Source of the DNA: an uncultured SAR86 cluster bacterium
Lineage (GTDB): Bacteria > Pseudomonadota > Gammaproteobacteria > Magnimaribacterales > D2472
NCBI GenBank assembly: GCA_905181595.1
Contig: CAJIYI010000001.1
Coordinates: 151,938-215,937, forward strand
Length of the DNA: 64,000 bases
Direction of reading: 5' to 3'
Positions 51,374 through 60,650 of this stretch are shown here, in pieces. Position 1 is the first letter of the stretch; each line of letters starts with the position of its first letter. The position numbers and the translations under genes are program-made. The notes under the pieces are model-generated. The model ran no database searches, was not told the DNA's origin, and saw only the letters and a list, made by a program, of their open reading frames with translations.

Positions 51374-51402
51374 TAAATAATTTTTCTGCTTTAGTCAAAC
51401 TT

Positions 51403-52398
51403 ATGAAAAAAATAGTATTCACCATAGCTCTTTCTATTTACCTGCCTTTATTATCAGGTGAGAGCTCATCGCTAGAGATTACGACTATCGAGATGCAAGA
51501 CTCCTACCAATCTTTGAAAAGATTTCCAGGCAAGATTCTTCCCCTAAATTATTCCAAACTATCTTTTGAGATTCCTGGAAAAATATCACAGGTCACAGTT
51601 GATATTGGCGATGCTGTTGAAGTTGATCAAATCTTAGCCTTTTTGGATCCAGCTGAAATGCAAGCAAATCTAAATCAGGCCTCAGCCAGATATAATTTAG
51701 CCTCACAAGCTTTGACTAGATTTCAGGACTTAAAAGATAAAGGTTTTATTTCTAATCAAGAGTTAGATAAAGCCAACTCAGAATATTTAGTGGCCAAGGC
51801 ACAAGCTGATCTTTACAGAGTCAAATTAGAACAGACAAAAATACGTGCTCCTTTCTCAGGATTCATTCAAAATAGATTTCTAGATTCAGGCACAGTAGTC
51901 AGCCCTGGTATTCCAATTATAGAGATTATTGACTCCACAAGTGTTGAGGCGCATGTGTCTATTCCGGGCAGCATTATTGAGAGCCTTGAGATTGGCAGTC
52001 AATATAATTTTGCTATCAATGAGAAGATGTATCCCGCCACCTTGAAGCGTTTTTCTCAGATGACTAGCCAAGGCTCTAATAATAGACTGTGCATCTTTGA
52101 GTTTGAAACATTTATCAATCCTGGCTCTGTTTCTTATTTGGAGCTGCAGCAGACCAGGAGGAAGGAAGGTGCTTGGATTCCATTAAAAGCTTTATCACAG
52201 GGCACCCAGGGCTTATGGAATTTATTCACAGTGACCAAAGATGTCAATGGCCAATATGTGGTTGCTAAGCAAATTGTTGAAATGATTCACATAGAAAGAA
52301 ATGCTGCCTATGTTAATGGCACGATTGCTAATGGCGATATGGTAGCTTCAGGTGGTGCTGCTAAAGTTATTGATAGCGAAATTCTAAGAGCCCAATAA
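51403..52398 (+). CDS. RND efflux periplasmic adaptor (membrane fusion protein)
   Basis: Start at ATG 51403 (MKKIVFTIALSIYLPLL signal/anchor). HlyD-like lipoyl, coiled-coil and beta-barrel pattern. The ORF-track ATG 51328 lies inside the operator. Confidence 0.85.
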   Translation: MKKIVFTIALSIYLPLLSGESSSLEITTIEMQDSYQSLKRFPGKILPLNYSKLSFEIPGKISQVTVDIGDAVEVDQILAFLDPAEMQANLNQASARYNLASQALTRFQDLKDKGFISNQELDKANSEYLVAKAQADLYRVKLEQTKIRAPFSGFIQNRFLDSGTVVSPGIPIIEIIDSTSVEAHVSIPGSIIESLEIGSQYNFAINEKMYPATLKRFSQMTSQGSNNRLCIFEFETFINPGSVSYLELQQTRRKEGAWIPLKALSQGTQGLWNLFTVTKDVNGQYVVAKQIVEMIHIERNAAYVNGTIANGDMVASGGAAKVIDSEILRAQ

Positions 52399-52402
52399 GC
52401 AC

Positions 52403-55400
52403 ATGTTTTTCTTGAGAGTTCTTTTTGATAGGCCGAGAATATTTGCTCTGTTGTTGGCATTTATTTTTTTATCTGGAATTTTTTCCTTAAATACTATTTC
52501 TAGGCAAGAGAATCCTGAGCTTGCTGAGAGGTGGGCGAGTATCCAAACTGTATATCCAGGAGCTTCTCCTAACAGAATAGAGACGCAAGTTTTAGAGCCC
52601 TTAGAAGCAAAGTTAAGAGAGGTTTATGAATTAGATGAAATCAGATCTTTTTCTCAGCAGGGTTTTGCCACTACTGTTATGGCAATCAAAGATGAAGTTG
52701 CAGCAGGCCCTCTCATTGAGCAGGTTTGGTCCCAAGTTCAGGATAAATTAGATCAATCAAGCTTTCTTCTGCCACCAGGAATCGAGCCTCAGCTTCAAAG
52801 AAGTAGCGGCCCTCCAACGACGTTGCTCTATGCCTTAACCTGGAATGGAAGGGGGGATGTGCCACTCATCTTGCTATCCAGAGTCGCTGAAGATTTGCGT
52901 CAGTCCCTTGCATTCATGGGAGGCTCAGATAGAAGTTTTGTTTTTGGTGGCGCTGATGAGGAGGTGTTGGTAGAAATAGACAATTCTAAGCTTTCAGCCC
53001 TAGGGCTGGGTTTTCAGGAAATTGCACAAATACTATCATCCTTGGATTCTAAGAAGCCTATTGGGCAGATTTCTCAGGGCGGACAAGAGGTTCTAGTTAA
53101 GTCCAAAGAAAATCTTACAAGTTTAGATCAAGTTTCTGGCCTGCCTATTAAAGTCATTAACGAGTTTGAGATTATTCGTTTGGGAGATATCGCCACGATT
53201 TCAAAAAATCCACGCAATCCCCCGGAAGAGCTCACCTTATATCAAGGCAAGCCAGCAGTCTTGGTTGAAATTAGAGGTGCTTTTAATCAAAGAGTAGATT
53301 CTTATGTTAATAGTATTTCTAATGTGGTTGAGAGCTTTAAATCTGAATTGCCTCCAGAAATTACCATTGATACAGTCTACGACGAATCCTACTATTTCAA
53401 AGAAAAATTCAATAACTTATATTCAAGCATTATCTTTGCAACCCTCATTGTTGTTGCAATTAGCTATTTTTTACTTGGTTTCAAGTCCGCCTTGATTGTT
53501 GGTTCTGTAATACCTTTAACAATTTTTTTAGTTTTACTTGGGTGCAAATTGTTAGATCTACCGTTGCATCAAACCTCCATGACTGGAATTATTATTGCGC
53601 TAGGGCTGTTAATCGATAATGCAATTATTGTTGTCGAAGATTATAAATATAGGCGACGCTTGGGGCATGATTTACAAGAGGCTGCCTTTGAAAGTGTGCA
53701 TCATCTATGGGTGCCATTGGCAGCTGCAACGGCAACCACTGCTCTAGCATTTTTTCCTATTGCTACCGGCGCCGGCCCTAGTGCTGAGTTTGTTGGTGGA
53801 ATGGCTAAGACTGTTATTTTATCGATCACATCATCACTTTTTCTTGCTTTATTTGTTGTTCCCATTCTTCTTACTTACATGGAGAAAATTAAATTTTTTG
53901 ATCAGGAGCGATATTCTGGAACTGGGTATTCCAATGCAAAGCTCTTGCAGAGATACAAGGATCTATTAACTTGGTCCTATGCCGTTCCAAGACGAGCCAT
54001 CATGATCTCTCTGGCTCTGCCATTGTTGGGATTTCTTATGTTCCCCTTTTTAAAAGCTGATTTTTTCCCTGAGCTTGATAGAAACATGTTCAAGGTATTC
54101 ATTGAGCTTCCACAAAATTCCAATGTCAGAACCACAGAAAAAAGAGTTAAAGAAATCAGGAAGTCCATTGCTCAAAGTGAAATAGCTGGGGACGATTTCT
54201 GGTTTATTGGAAGAAAACTGCCTAGAATTTTGTACAATGTGATAGGCGGTGATTCTGGTTTGGGAAGCAATAATATAGCTCAAGGTGTTTATTTTGCTCC
54301 ATCCTACAAGGAGATGAAGGCTTCATTGCCAGGCCTTGCAAGACGGCTCAATCAAGAGAATCCAGATTTAAAAATTATCATAGATAAGTTTACCTCCGGA
54401 CCACCGGTGGACGCTGCAGTTGAATTTAGTATCGATGGACCTGATATTGCTATTCTCAAAATCCTTGGAAAAAAACTAGAATTAATTTTTCGAGAGTCGC
54501 CAGATGTATATTTAACTGACAGCGGGCTGTCCTCAAACTCAAAGAATCTTGTGTTTAACTTCGATGAATCCGCCCTCATGCTGAACTCTGTTCCAGGCGA
54601 GTATTTTACTAATGAGCTTGCGATCGCTAGTCAGGGCTTTGAAGTAGGAACAATGCTGGATGGAAATAAAGAGCTACCAATAAAGATTAGAGGGATGTCA
54701 GATGATTTCATGGAATCGATTCAGTTTCTTTCAAGGCCCTCACAGGATGGCTTTGATTACTCTTCGAGTTATGGAGAGTTTGAGGTTACGAATCAATCTA
54801 ATTTGATAGCAAGAGATGCTGGCAAGAGAGAAAATAGTGTGTCAGCTTGGATTTGGCCTGGGCTCCTGCCATCAGATACAGAGAAATTTATTGCAGCAAA
54901 AATTGAAAAATTTAAAGCCGAGCTACCACCTGGCTATATTCTGGAGGCTGGGGGTGAGGCTGATGCAAGAGGTCAGTCACAAGCAAATATTTTCTCATCA
55001 GCTATTCTATTTTTTGTGCTTATTGTTATTGCATTAGTTGCAGCGCTGAATTCATTTAGGCAGGCAGGGTTAATTTTAAGCGTTGGAATATGGTGTACCG
55101 GCCTAGCATTTATGGGTTTGACCCTCGGGCAAGCAAATTTTGGTTTTATTGGGTTGGTGGGTGCTATCGGCTTAACAGGACTATCAATCAATGATTCGAT
55201 TGTTGTTCTATCTCATATTAAAGAATCCAATGCGAATTCTCCAATCACCAAAGAGACTCTGGTGGATGTTGTCATACGCTCCACCCGTCACGTCATTACC
55301 ACTTCTGCAACTACGATTGGAGGTTTCTTGCCTCTGCTTTTAACTAGTGTATTTTTTCAACCTTTGGCTTGGGCAATGGCGGGTGGAATTATTGGCTCGG

Positions 55401-55456
55401 CTATCATTGCACTATTTTATATCCCTGCCTGTTATGCTATTTCCAAAAAATTATAA
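52403..55456 (+). CDS. RND (AcrB/AcrD/AcrF superfamily) inner-membrane efflux transporter
   Basis: 1017 aa with 12-TM topology and two large periplasmic loops. Conserved TM4-type segment GLLIDNAIIVVE. Confidence 0.9.
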   Translation: MFFLRVLFDRPRIFALLLAFIFLSGIFSLNTISRQENPELAERWASIQTVYPGASPNRIETQVLEPLEAKLREVYELDEIRSFSQQGFATTVMAIKDEVAAGPLIEQVWSQVQDKLDQSSFLLPPGIEPQLQRSSGPPTTLLYALTWNGRGDVPLILLSRVAEDLRQSLAFMGGSDRSFVFGGADEEVLVEIDNSKLSALGLGFQEIAQILSSLDSKKPIGQISQGGQEVLVKSKENLTSLDQVSGLPIKVINEFEIIRLGDIATISKNPRNPPEELTLYQGKPAVLVEIRGAFNQRVDSYVNSISNVVESFKSELPPEITIDTVYDESYYFKEKFNNLYSSIIFATLIVVAISYFLLGFKSALIVGSVIPLTIFLVLLGCKLLDLPLHQTSMTGIIIALGLLIDNAIIVVEDYKYRRRLGHDLQEAAFESVHHLWVPLAAATATTALAFFPIATGAGPSAEFVGGMAKTVILSITSSLFLALFVVPILLTYMEKIKFFDQERYSGTGYSNAKLLQRYKDLLTWSYAVPRRAIMISLALPLLGFLMFPFLKADFFPELDRNMFKVFIELPQNSNVRTTEKRVKEIRKSIAQSEIAGDDFWFIGRKLPRILYNVIGGDSGLGSNNIAQGVYFAPSYKEMKASLPGLARRLNQENPDLKIIIDKFTSGPPVDAAVEFSIDGPDIAILKILGKKLELIFRESPDVYLTDSGLSSNSKNLVFNFDESALMLNSVPGEYFTNELAIASQGFEVGTMLDGNKELPIKIRGMSDDFMESIQFLSRPSQDGFDYSSSYGEFEVTNQSNLIARDAGKRENSVSAWIWPGLLPSDTEKFIAAKIEKFKAELPPGYILEAGGEADARGQSQANIFSSAILFFVLIVIALVAALNSFRQAGLILSVGIWCTGLAFMGLTLGQANFGFIGLVGAIGLTGLSINDSIVVLSHIKESNANSPITKETLVDVVIRSTRHVITTSATTIGGFLPLLLTSVFFQPLAWAMAGGIIGSAIIALFYIPACYAISKKL

Positions 55457-55483
55457 TACTTAGTTCTTAGAAGGGGGAAGCGA

Positions 55484-55753
55484 ATGAAATTATTTATGGT
55501 TCATGTTGGTTTTTATGATGCTGAAGTGGGAGAGGGAATATATGAATCTCATATGAATTTTTTTATTGCTGCCAGCAATGCTAAATCTGCAAAGAAAAAA
55601 ACTTTTAACTTAGAGCAATTTAAGAATAAAAAAATGCACATAGATGGAATTAAAGAGATTTCTGATGTGGAAGGCTACAAAGTGATTTTAGAAAAAAGCT
55701 CTCATAAAAATAAATCCAAGGTATATTCTTACAACGAATCAAAAAAATTATAG
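55484..55753 (+). CDS. DUF1543-like small protein
   Basis: 89 aa preceded by a strong SD (AGGGGGAAG). The start MKLFMVHVGFYD...H..FFIAA resembles DUF1543 (from memory). Confidence 0.5.
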   Translation: MKLFMVHVGFYDAEVGEGIYESHMNFFIAASNAKSAKKKTFNLEQFKNKKMHIDGIKEISDVEGYKVILEKSSHKNKSKVYSYNESKKL

Positions 55754-55781
55754 TTATTTGATAGTGGACTTTGGGGAGAGT

Positions 55782-56305
55782 ATGAGAAGAATAATTACAG
55801 GGCATGACAAATCCGGCAAATCAATTATTACCATTGATGGTCCGCCAGCTCGTTCAATTGGTGAAGATGTAGGCGGCTTGTTTGAGATTTGGAATACCGA
55901 TGGCAAAGCAATAGACACAACAGATGAGATTGATAGAGCAGATTCCGAAATACTTTTATCGCCTCCTGCTGGCGGCACTAAATTTAGATATTTTCAAATC
56001 AACCCAACTCCAGAGGGAGTTCCTTTAGAAGTTCTTCAGGCAGCTGCAGCCGAAGCCTTTGCAAGTGTAGGAGCAGCTCATCACAGAGTTGATACCTCCA
56101 AGCATCCCGCAATGCATAAGACCAATACGATTGATTACATTATCTTGTACTAAAAGGAGACGTCACACTTTTACTGGATGAGGATGAGGTGAGTCTTAAA
56201 CCTCATGATGTAGTGGTGCAAAGAGGAACTAACCATGCCTGGGTCAACAATGGTGCAGAGCCTGCTTTGTTGATTGCAGTCTTAATTGATAGTGAATTAA
56301 AATAG
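55782..56305 (+). pseudogene. cupin-domain protein interrupted by one frameshift
   Basis: SD GGGGAGAG then ATG 55782 (MRRIITGHDKSGKS...TIDYIIL). The frame shifts by -1 near 56144-56150 into VLKGDVTLLLDEDEVSLKPHDVVVQRGTNHAWVNNGAEPALLIAVLID, ending at TAG 56303-56305. Confidence 0.7.
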
Positions 56306-56341
56306 TTCTTTTACAGGTTACCAAAAAACACAATAAGAGTA

Positions 56342-57166
56342 ATGTTCGAAATTAAACCAATTTCAGGAGCCCTCGGCGCAGAGTTGCATGGGGTGGATTT
56401 ATGCGAGGATCTTTCTGTTGATACTTATGCAGAAATCAGAAGACTGTTGATAGAGCATCAGGTAATTTTCTTTCGTGATCAAGATATTAGCCCTCACCAA
56501 CACAAGGCTCTAGCTGAGTCGTTTGGGCCAGTTCAAACTCATCCGGCCTATGAGACAGTTCCAGATTTTCCAGAGATTACAATTTTAGAGAGCACGGCTG
56601 ATAAGCCTTCTAAAATTGAAGTCTGGCATTCAGATATGACTTTTCGAAAACATCCTCCACTAGGATCTGTTCTGCGATCAAAAATTTGTCCTCCTGAGGG
56701 AGGAGACACTATGTGGTCAAGCATGACAGCTGCTTATGACGGTCTATCCAGTAACATGCAGCAGTATTTATCGACCCTTGAAGCCGAGCATGATTTTAGT
56801 TATGGGTTTAAAGAAAGTTTAGCTGAGCCAGGGGGCTCAGAAAGATTGGCCCAAGCCGTTAAAGACAATCCACCGGTTACCCATCCAGTGATCCGCGCCC
56901 ATCCTGAAAGTCAGAAAAAAGTTATTTTTGTTAATGCTTTATTTACTACTAAAATTCTTAACGTATCAGCCAAAGAGAGTGCGGCAATTTTAAATTTTCT
57001 CTATGAGCATGTGGTGACACCAGAATATACGTGTCGCTTTCATTGGGAACCAAACTCTATAGCAATTTGGGATAACAGAAGTACCCAACATAAGCCTATT
57101 AATGATTATTTCCCCGCTCATCGAGTCCTTGAAAGAGTCGCCATAGATGGAGACAAGCCTTATTAA
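56342..57166 (+). CDS. TauD/TfdA-family Fe(II)/2-oxoglutarate dioxygenase
   Basis: 274 aa with VWHSDMTF (H-x-D), a late His and Arg (NRSTQHKP) and the family-typical N-terminus IKPISGALGAE. Confidence 0.85.
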   Translation: MFEIKPISGALGAELHGVDLCEDLSVDTYAEIRRLLIEHQVIFFRDQDISPHQHKALAESFGPVQTHPAYETVPDFPEITILESTADKPSKIEVWHSDMTFRKHPPLGSVLRSKICPPEGGDTMWSSMTAAYDGLSSNMQQYLSTLEAEHDFSYGFKESLAEPGGSERLAQAVKDNPPVTHPVIRAHPESQKKVIFVNALFTTKILNVSAKESAAILNFLYEHVVTPEYTCRFHWEPNSIAIWDNRSTQHKPINDYFPAHRVLERVAIDGDKPY

Positions 57167-57867
57167 TCTTTCTTAATAAAGTTTAAAATCCAGTCTATTA
57201 CTTTTAGATCTTGAGGTATTGCATCAAGAGTCTTGCATGCTTTTAAATATTTATCCTCTCCCAATATGCTCCTTCGCATTTGAAGCAAATCTTTTGCATA
57301 AGCTACATCAAACTCAATATGCCCTTGAAAACTTAAAATGTGATTTTCAATTGCTAGCATAGCAACAGGACAAGTCCGAGAACTTGCGAGTAATTTACTT
57401 TCCCGAGGAATCTTTACAACCTGGTCTTGGTGGTTATAAATAAGATTAAATTCTTGCTCAGCACTTCCAAATAAAACAGTATTTTTTTTTAGGGTTGCTG
57501 CATGAATTCCTACGTTCCATCCTTCTTTTGCTCTTTCAACCGAGCCTCCAAGAGCCTCAGCAATAAGTTGATGGCCAAAGCAAATACCTACTAATTTTTT
57601 TTGATGCTGGTGAAGGGTGCGAATAAAATTTTTGAGCTCAATAATCCAAGGCAGATCATCATAGGCACTAACTTTACTTCCAGTAATTAAATAAGCGTCA
57701 CACTCATCTAATTCATCAGGGTATTCTCCGTTTTGGACTTCATAGCTATAAATTTTAATTTTTGGCTCAGCATGCATAAGAACTTTGCTAAACATTGCTG
57801 GATATTGTCCATACTTTGTGTCAAATTCAGTCTTAAGAGTATCTGTATTTAAAATTCCAATTCTCAT
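57163..57867 (-). CDS. class I glutamine amidotransferase-domain protein
   Basis: MRIGILNTD start (ATG 57867). GICFGHQLIAEALGG holds the Cys nucleophile and GHIEF the His-Glu pair. Confidence 0.8.
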   Translation of the reverse strand: MRIGILNTDTLKTEFDTKYGQYPAMFSKVLMHAEPKIKIYSYEVQNGEYPDELDECDAYLITGSKVSAYDDLPWIIELKNFIRTLHQHQKKLVGICFGHQLIAEALGGSVERAKEGWNVGIHAATLKKNTVLFGSAEQEFNLIYNHQDQVVKIPRESKLLASSRTCPVAMLAIENHILSFQGHIEFDVAYAKDLLQMRRSILGEDKYLKACKTLDAIPQDLKVIDWILNFIKKD

Positions 57868-59443
57868 GCAAGCCACATCAATTAAAAAAAACTATTATAT
57901 TTCATTCGCCCTAACCACAAAATTATTAAACGCTTTCTTGATAACCCTATCAAGTCTTTTAACATTCTCTTGTTCGGCAGCTGGATTCGATGAAACAATT
58001 AACAATGCAATTGCACCTTTAAGCTCAGCTATTTCAAATTTTATTTTCTTTGAAATTACTATTTTTGGAAGCGCGCTCCCTTTGATTGTGTTGTGGCTTA
58101 TTGGAGCAGCAATATTTTTTACGTTTTACTTTAATTTTATAAGCTTGAAGGGTTTCAAGCATGCCTTCCAATTACTCAGAGGTGATTTCTCTAAACCTAA
58201 TGCTAATGGAGAATTAACGCATTTTCAGGCTTTATCGACAGCCGTATCTGGCACCGTTGGAATCGGTAATATTGCAGGTGTTGCAATTGTTATTTCTATT
58301 GGCGGCCCAGGCGCAACATTTTGGCTAATTGTCGCTGGGTTTTTAGGCATGTCCACCAAATTTGCTGAGTGTGTTGCTGGTGTAATGTATAGGAAAGTTA
58401 ATCCTGACGGCAGTATTTCTGGCGGCCCCATGTACTATCTTGAAGCAGGCTTAAAAGAAAGGAATCTAAGTTGGCTTGGAAAGCCAATGGGTTATTTCTA
58501 TGCTAGTTCGATAGTTATTGGCTGCTTAGGGATTGGCAATATGTTTCAATCCAATCAAGCTTTTCAACAATTCATTTTTATTACTGGAGGGGAGGGTAGT
58601 TTTTTTGCTGACAAAGGCTGGCTCTTTGGATGCTTTTTAGCTGGGATAGTAGGATTAGTAATAATTGGAGGAATTAAAAGTATTGCCAGAGTAACCAGCA
58701 AGCTTGTGCCCTTCATGACTATTTTATATGTCTTAGGTGCTCTGCTTGTTATTTGCTTGAATGCTGAGAAGATTCCATGGGCATTTTCGGCAATATTATC
58801 AGAGGCTTTTAACCCTAGCGCTATGAGCGGTGGAATGCTGGGCGTCATGATTCTTGGATTTCAGAGGGCAGCCTTCTCCAATGAAGCTGGCATTGGATCG
58901 GCAGCTATAGCCCATGCAACTGTAAAAACTTCCGAGCCAGTAACAGAGGGTTATGTTGGACTCTTAGAGCCCTTTATCGACACTGTAGTTATCTGCACTC
59001 TTACAGCACTCGTTATTCTAACAACTGTTTATGAGCCTGGGTTGGCTGGCAGCGGTATTCAGGGCATTGCTTTAACCTCAAAAGCTTTTGGCAGCACTAT
59101 AGGTTGGTCAATTCTTCCTTTATCATTTATTGCAATTTTATTTGCATTTTCGACTATGTTATCTTGGTCTTACTATGGTTTAAAGGGATGGACTTATTTG
59201 CTGGGGGAGTCAATGGGGATTGAGATAGTGTTTAAAGTTTTCTTTTGTATTTTTGTTGCTCTCGGCTCCATGATTAGCCTAGATGCAGTTTTAGAATTTT
59301 CTGATGCTCTAGTTTTTGTTATTGCTCTTCCAAATATCTTAGGCCTATACATCTTGGCACCGGTCATTAAAAAGGAGCTGATTAGTTATCAAACAAGGTT
59401 AAGTAATGGCGAGATTGTAAATCTGCGAGAACTAAATGATTAA
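57866..59443 (+). CDS. alanine/glycine:cation symporter (AGCS family)
   Basis: AGCS signatures TAVSGTVGIGNIAGVA, GGPGATFW and FSNEAGIGSAAIAHA. The first ATG compatible with the family is 57866, which gives a roughly 40-aa hydrophobic N-terminal extension. The start is uncertain. Confidence 0.82.
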   Translation: MQATSIKKNYYISFALTTKLLNAFLITLSSLLTFSCSAAGFDETINNAIAPLSSAISNFIFFEITIFGSALPLIVLWLIGAAIFFTFYFNFISLKGFKHAFQLLRGDFSKPNANGELTHFQALSTAVSGTVGIGNIAGVAIVISIGGPGATFWLIVAGFLGMSTKFAECVAGVMYRKVNPDGSISGGPMYYLEAGLKERNLSWLGKPMGYFYASSIVIGCLGIGNMFQSNQAFQQFIFITGGEGSFFADKGWLFGCFLAGIVGLVIIGGIKSIARVTSKLVPFMTILYVLGALLVICLNAEKIPWAFSAILSEAFNPSAMSGGMLGVMILGFQRAAFSNEAGIGSAAIAHATVKTSEPVTEGYVGLLEPFIDTVVICTLTALVILTTVYEPGLAGSGIQGIALTSKAFGSTIGWSILPLSFIAILFAFSTMLSWSYYGLKGWTYLLGESMGIEIVFKVFFCIFVALGSMISLDAVLEFSDALVFVIALPNILGLYILAPVIKKELISYQTRLSNGEIVNLRELND

Positions 59444-60650
59444 CGGATATTGCGATCCTCGTTTCTTAAGCCTAAAAGAAATTTTTAATCATGCCGTTGA
59501 AAGTCAATTTGAGGTTGGCGCTTCTCTTGCTGTTGAGCATGAAGGAAACTTGGTTGTAAATTTATGGGGCGGCCATCAAGACGCTTTGAGAACATCTCCT
59601 TGGCAAGAGGATACTCTTGTAAATGTTTGGTCTGTAACCAAAGGCGTTACAGCTACCTGCATAGCTAAATTAATAAACGATGGTCTCTTAGATCCAGATG
59701 CAAAAGTTTCAAATTATTGGCCTGAATATGGCTGTAATGGAAAAGAGAATACAAAAGTTAGCGATTTTCTATGCCACAGAGCTGGCATGTTTGGCTTTCA
59801 GGAAGGAGTCCCAGAGGGCTCATGGCAGGATTGGAAAAAATTTACAGAACGTCTTGAATCTCAAGCCCCAATTCGAGAACCTGGAACTTCACAGGGTTAT
59901 CATGCTATGACTTATGGTTGGCTGACTGGAGAATTAATTAGAAGGGTAGATGGTCGTTCCGCAGGACAATATTTTAAAGAGGAGATAGCCACACCTCTAA
60001 ATATTGATTTTCATATTGGTCTTCAGGAATCTGATTTTGAAAGATGCGCAGATATGTTAATGATAGAGATGGATCCAGACAACATAAAACTTCCTGGTAA
60101 TTTCATGCGGCATATTCCAGATTTCTTGCTGCCCAAAAAACTTAAGAATTTTAAATCTGCTCTTACCGGAGGAGACTTTCATATAGCCTTCCAAAGCAGG
60201 CCTGGCGATGGGGTAGATTATCCCAATCTGCCTGACTGGAGAATGGCGGAGATTCCTTCTGCAAATGGCCATGGATCAGCAAAAAGTCTTGCAAAATTGT
60301 ATGGAATTTTGAGTAATGGATGTGAAAGAGATGGAATATCTATCATGCACCCTGACATACTTGAGCGCTCTATTACTCCTTATTCATCTGGCCCAGATAC
60401 AGTGCTTTTTGGTGCTGATATTAAATTTGGTTTAGGTTATGAGTTAGAAAAAGGTGTTAGTGGAATAGGCAATCTCTCTCCAGTTTTTAAAAATAAAATG
60501 TTTGGTCATGCTGGGGTAGGTGGGGCAGTGGCTTTTGGAGATCCAGAAAAAAAGTTGGGATATGGTTTTGTATGCAATCAACAACATCAAACAAGGGGCC
60601 TATATCAGACACACAATCAACTCGTTGAGAAGCTATATTCTATTTTTTAA
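59436..60650 (+). CDS. beta-lactamase-fold serine hydrolase (EstB/class C-like), cytoplasmic
   Basis: 404 aa with SVTKG (S-x-x-K), a Tyr region YHAMTYG and HAGVGG. No signal peptide. Overlaps the AGCS stop by 8 nt. Confidence 0.82.
   Translation: MINGYCDPRFLSLKEIFNHAVESQFEVGASLAVEHEGNLVVNLWGGHQDALRTSPWQEDTLVNVWSVTKGVTATCIAKLINDGLLDPDAKVSNYWPEYGCNGKENTKVSDFLCHRAGMFGFQEGVPEGSWQDWKKFTERLESQAPIREPGTSQGYHAMTYGWLTGELIRRVDGRSAGQYFKEEIATPLNIDFHIGLQESDFERCADMLMIEMDPDNIKLPGNFMRHIPDFLLPKKLKNFKSALTGGDFHIAFQSRPGDGVDYPNLPDWRMAEIPSANGHGSAKSLAKLYGILSNGCERDGISIMHPDILERSITPYSSGPDTVLFGADIKFGLGYELEKGVSGIGNLSPVFKNKMFGHAGVGGAVAFGDPEKKLGYGFVCNQQHQTRGLYQTHNQLVEKLYSIF

Noticed and set aside
51328-51402. ORF-track start of the MFP gene at ATG 51328
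   Set aside because: That ATG is the first three bases of the palindromic operator, and the 25 extra codons are translated operator/promoter sequence. MKKIVF... at 51403 gives a normal signal/anchor.
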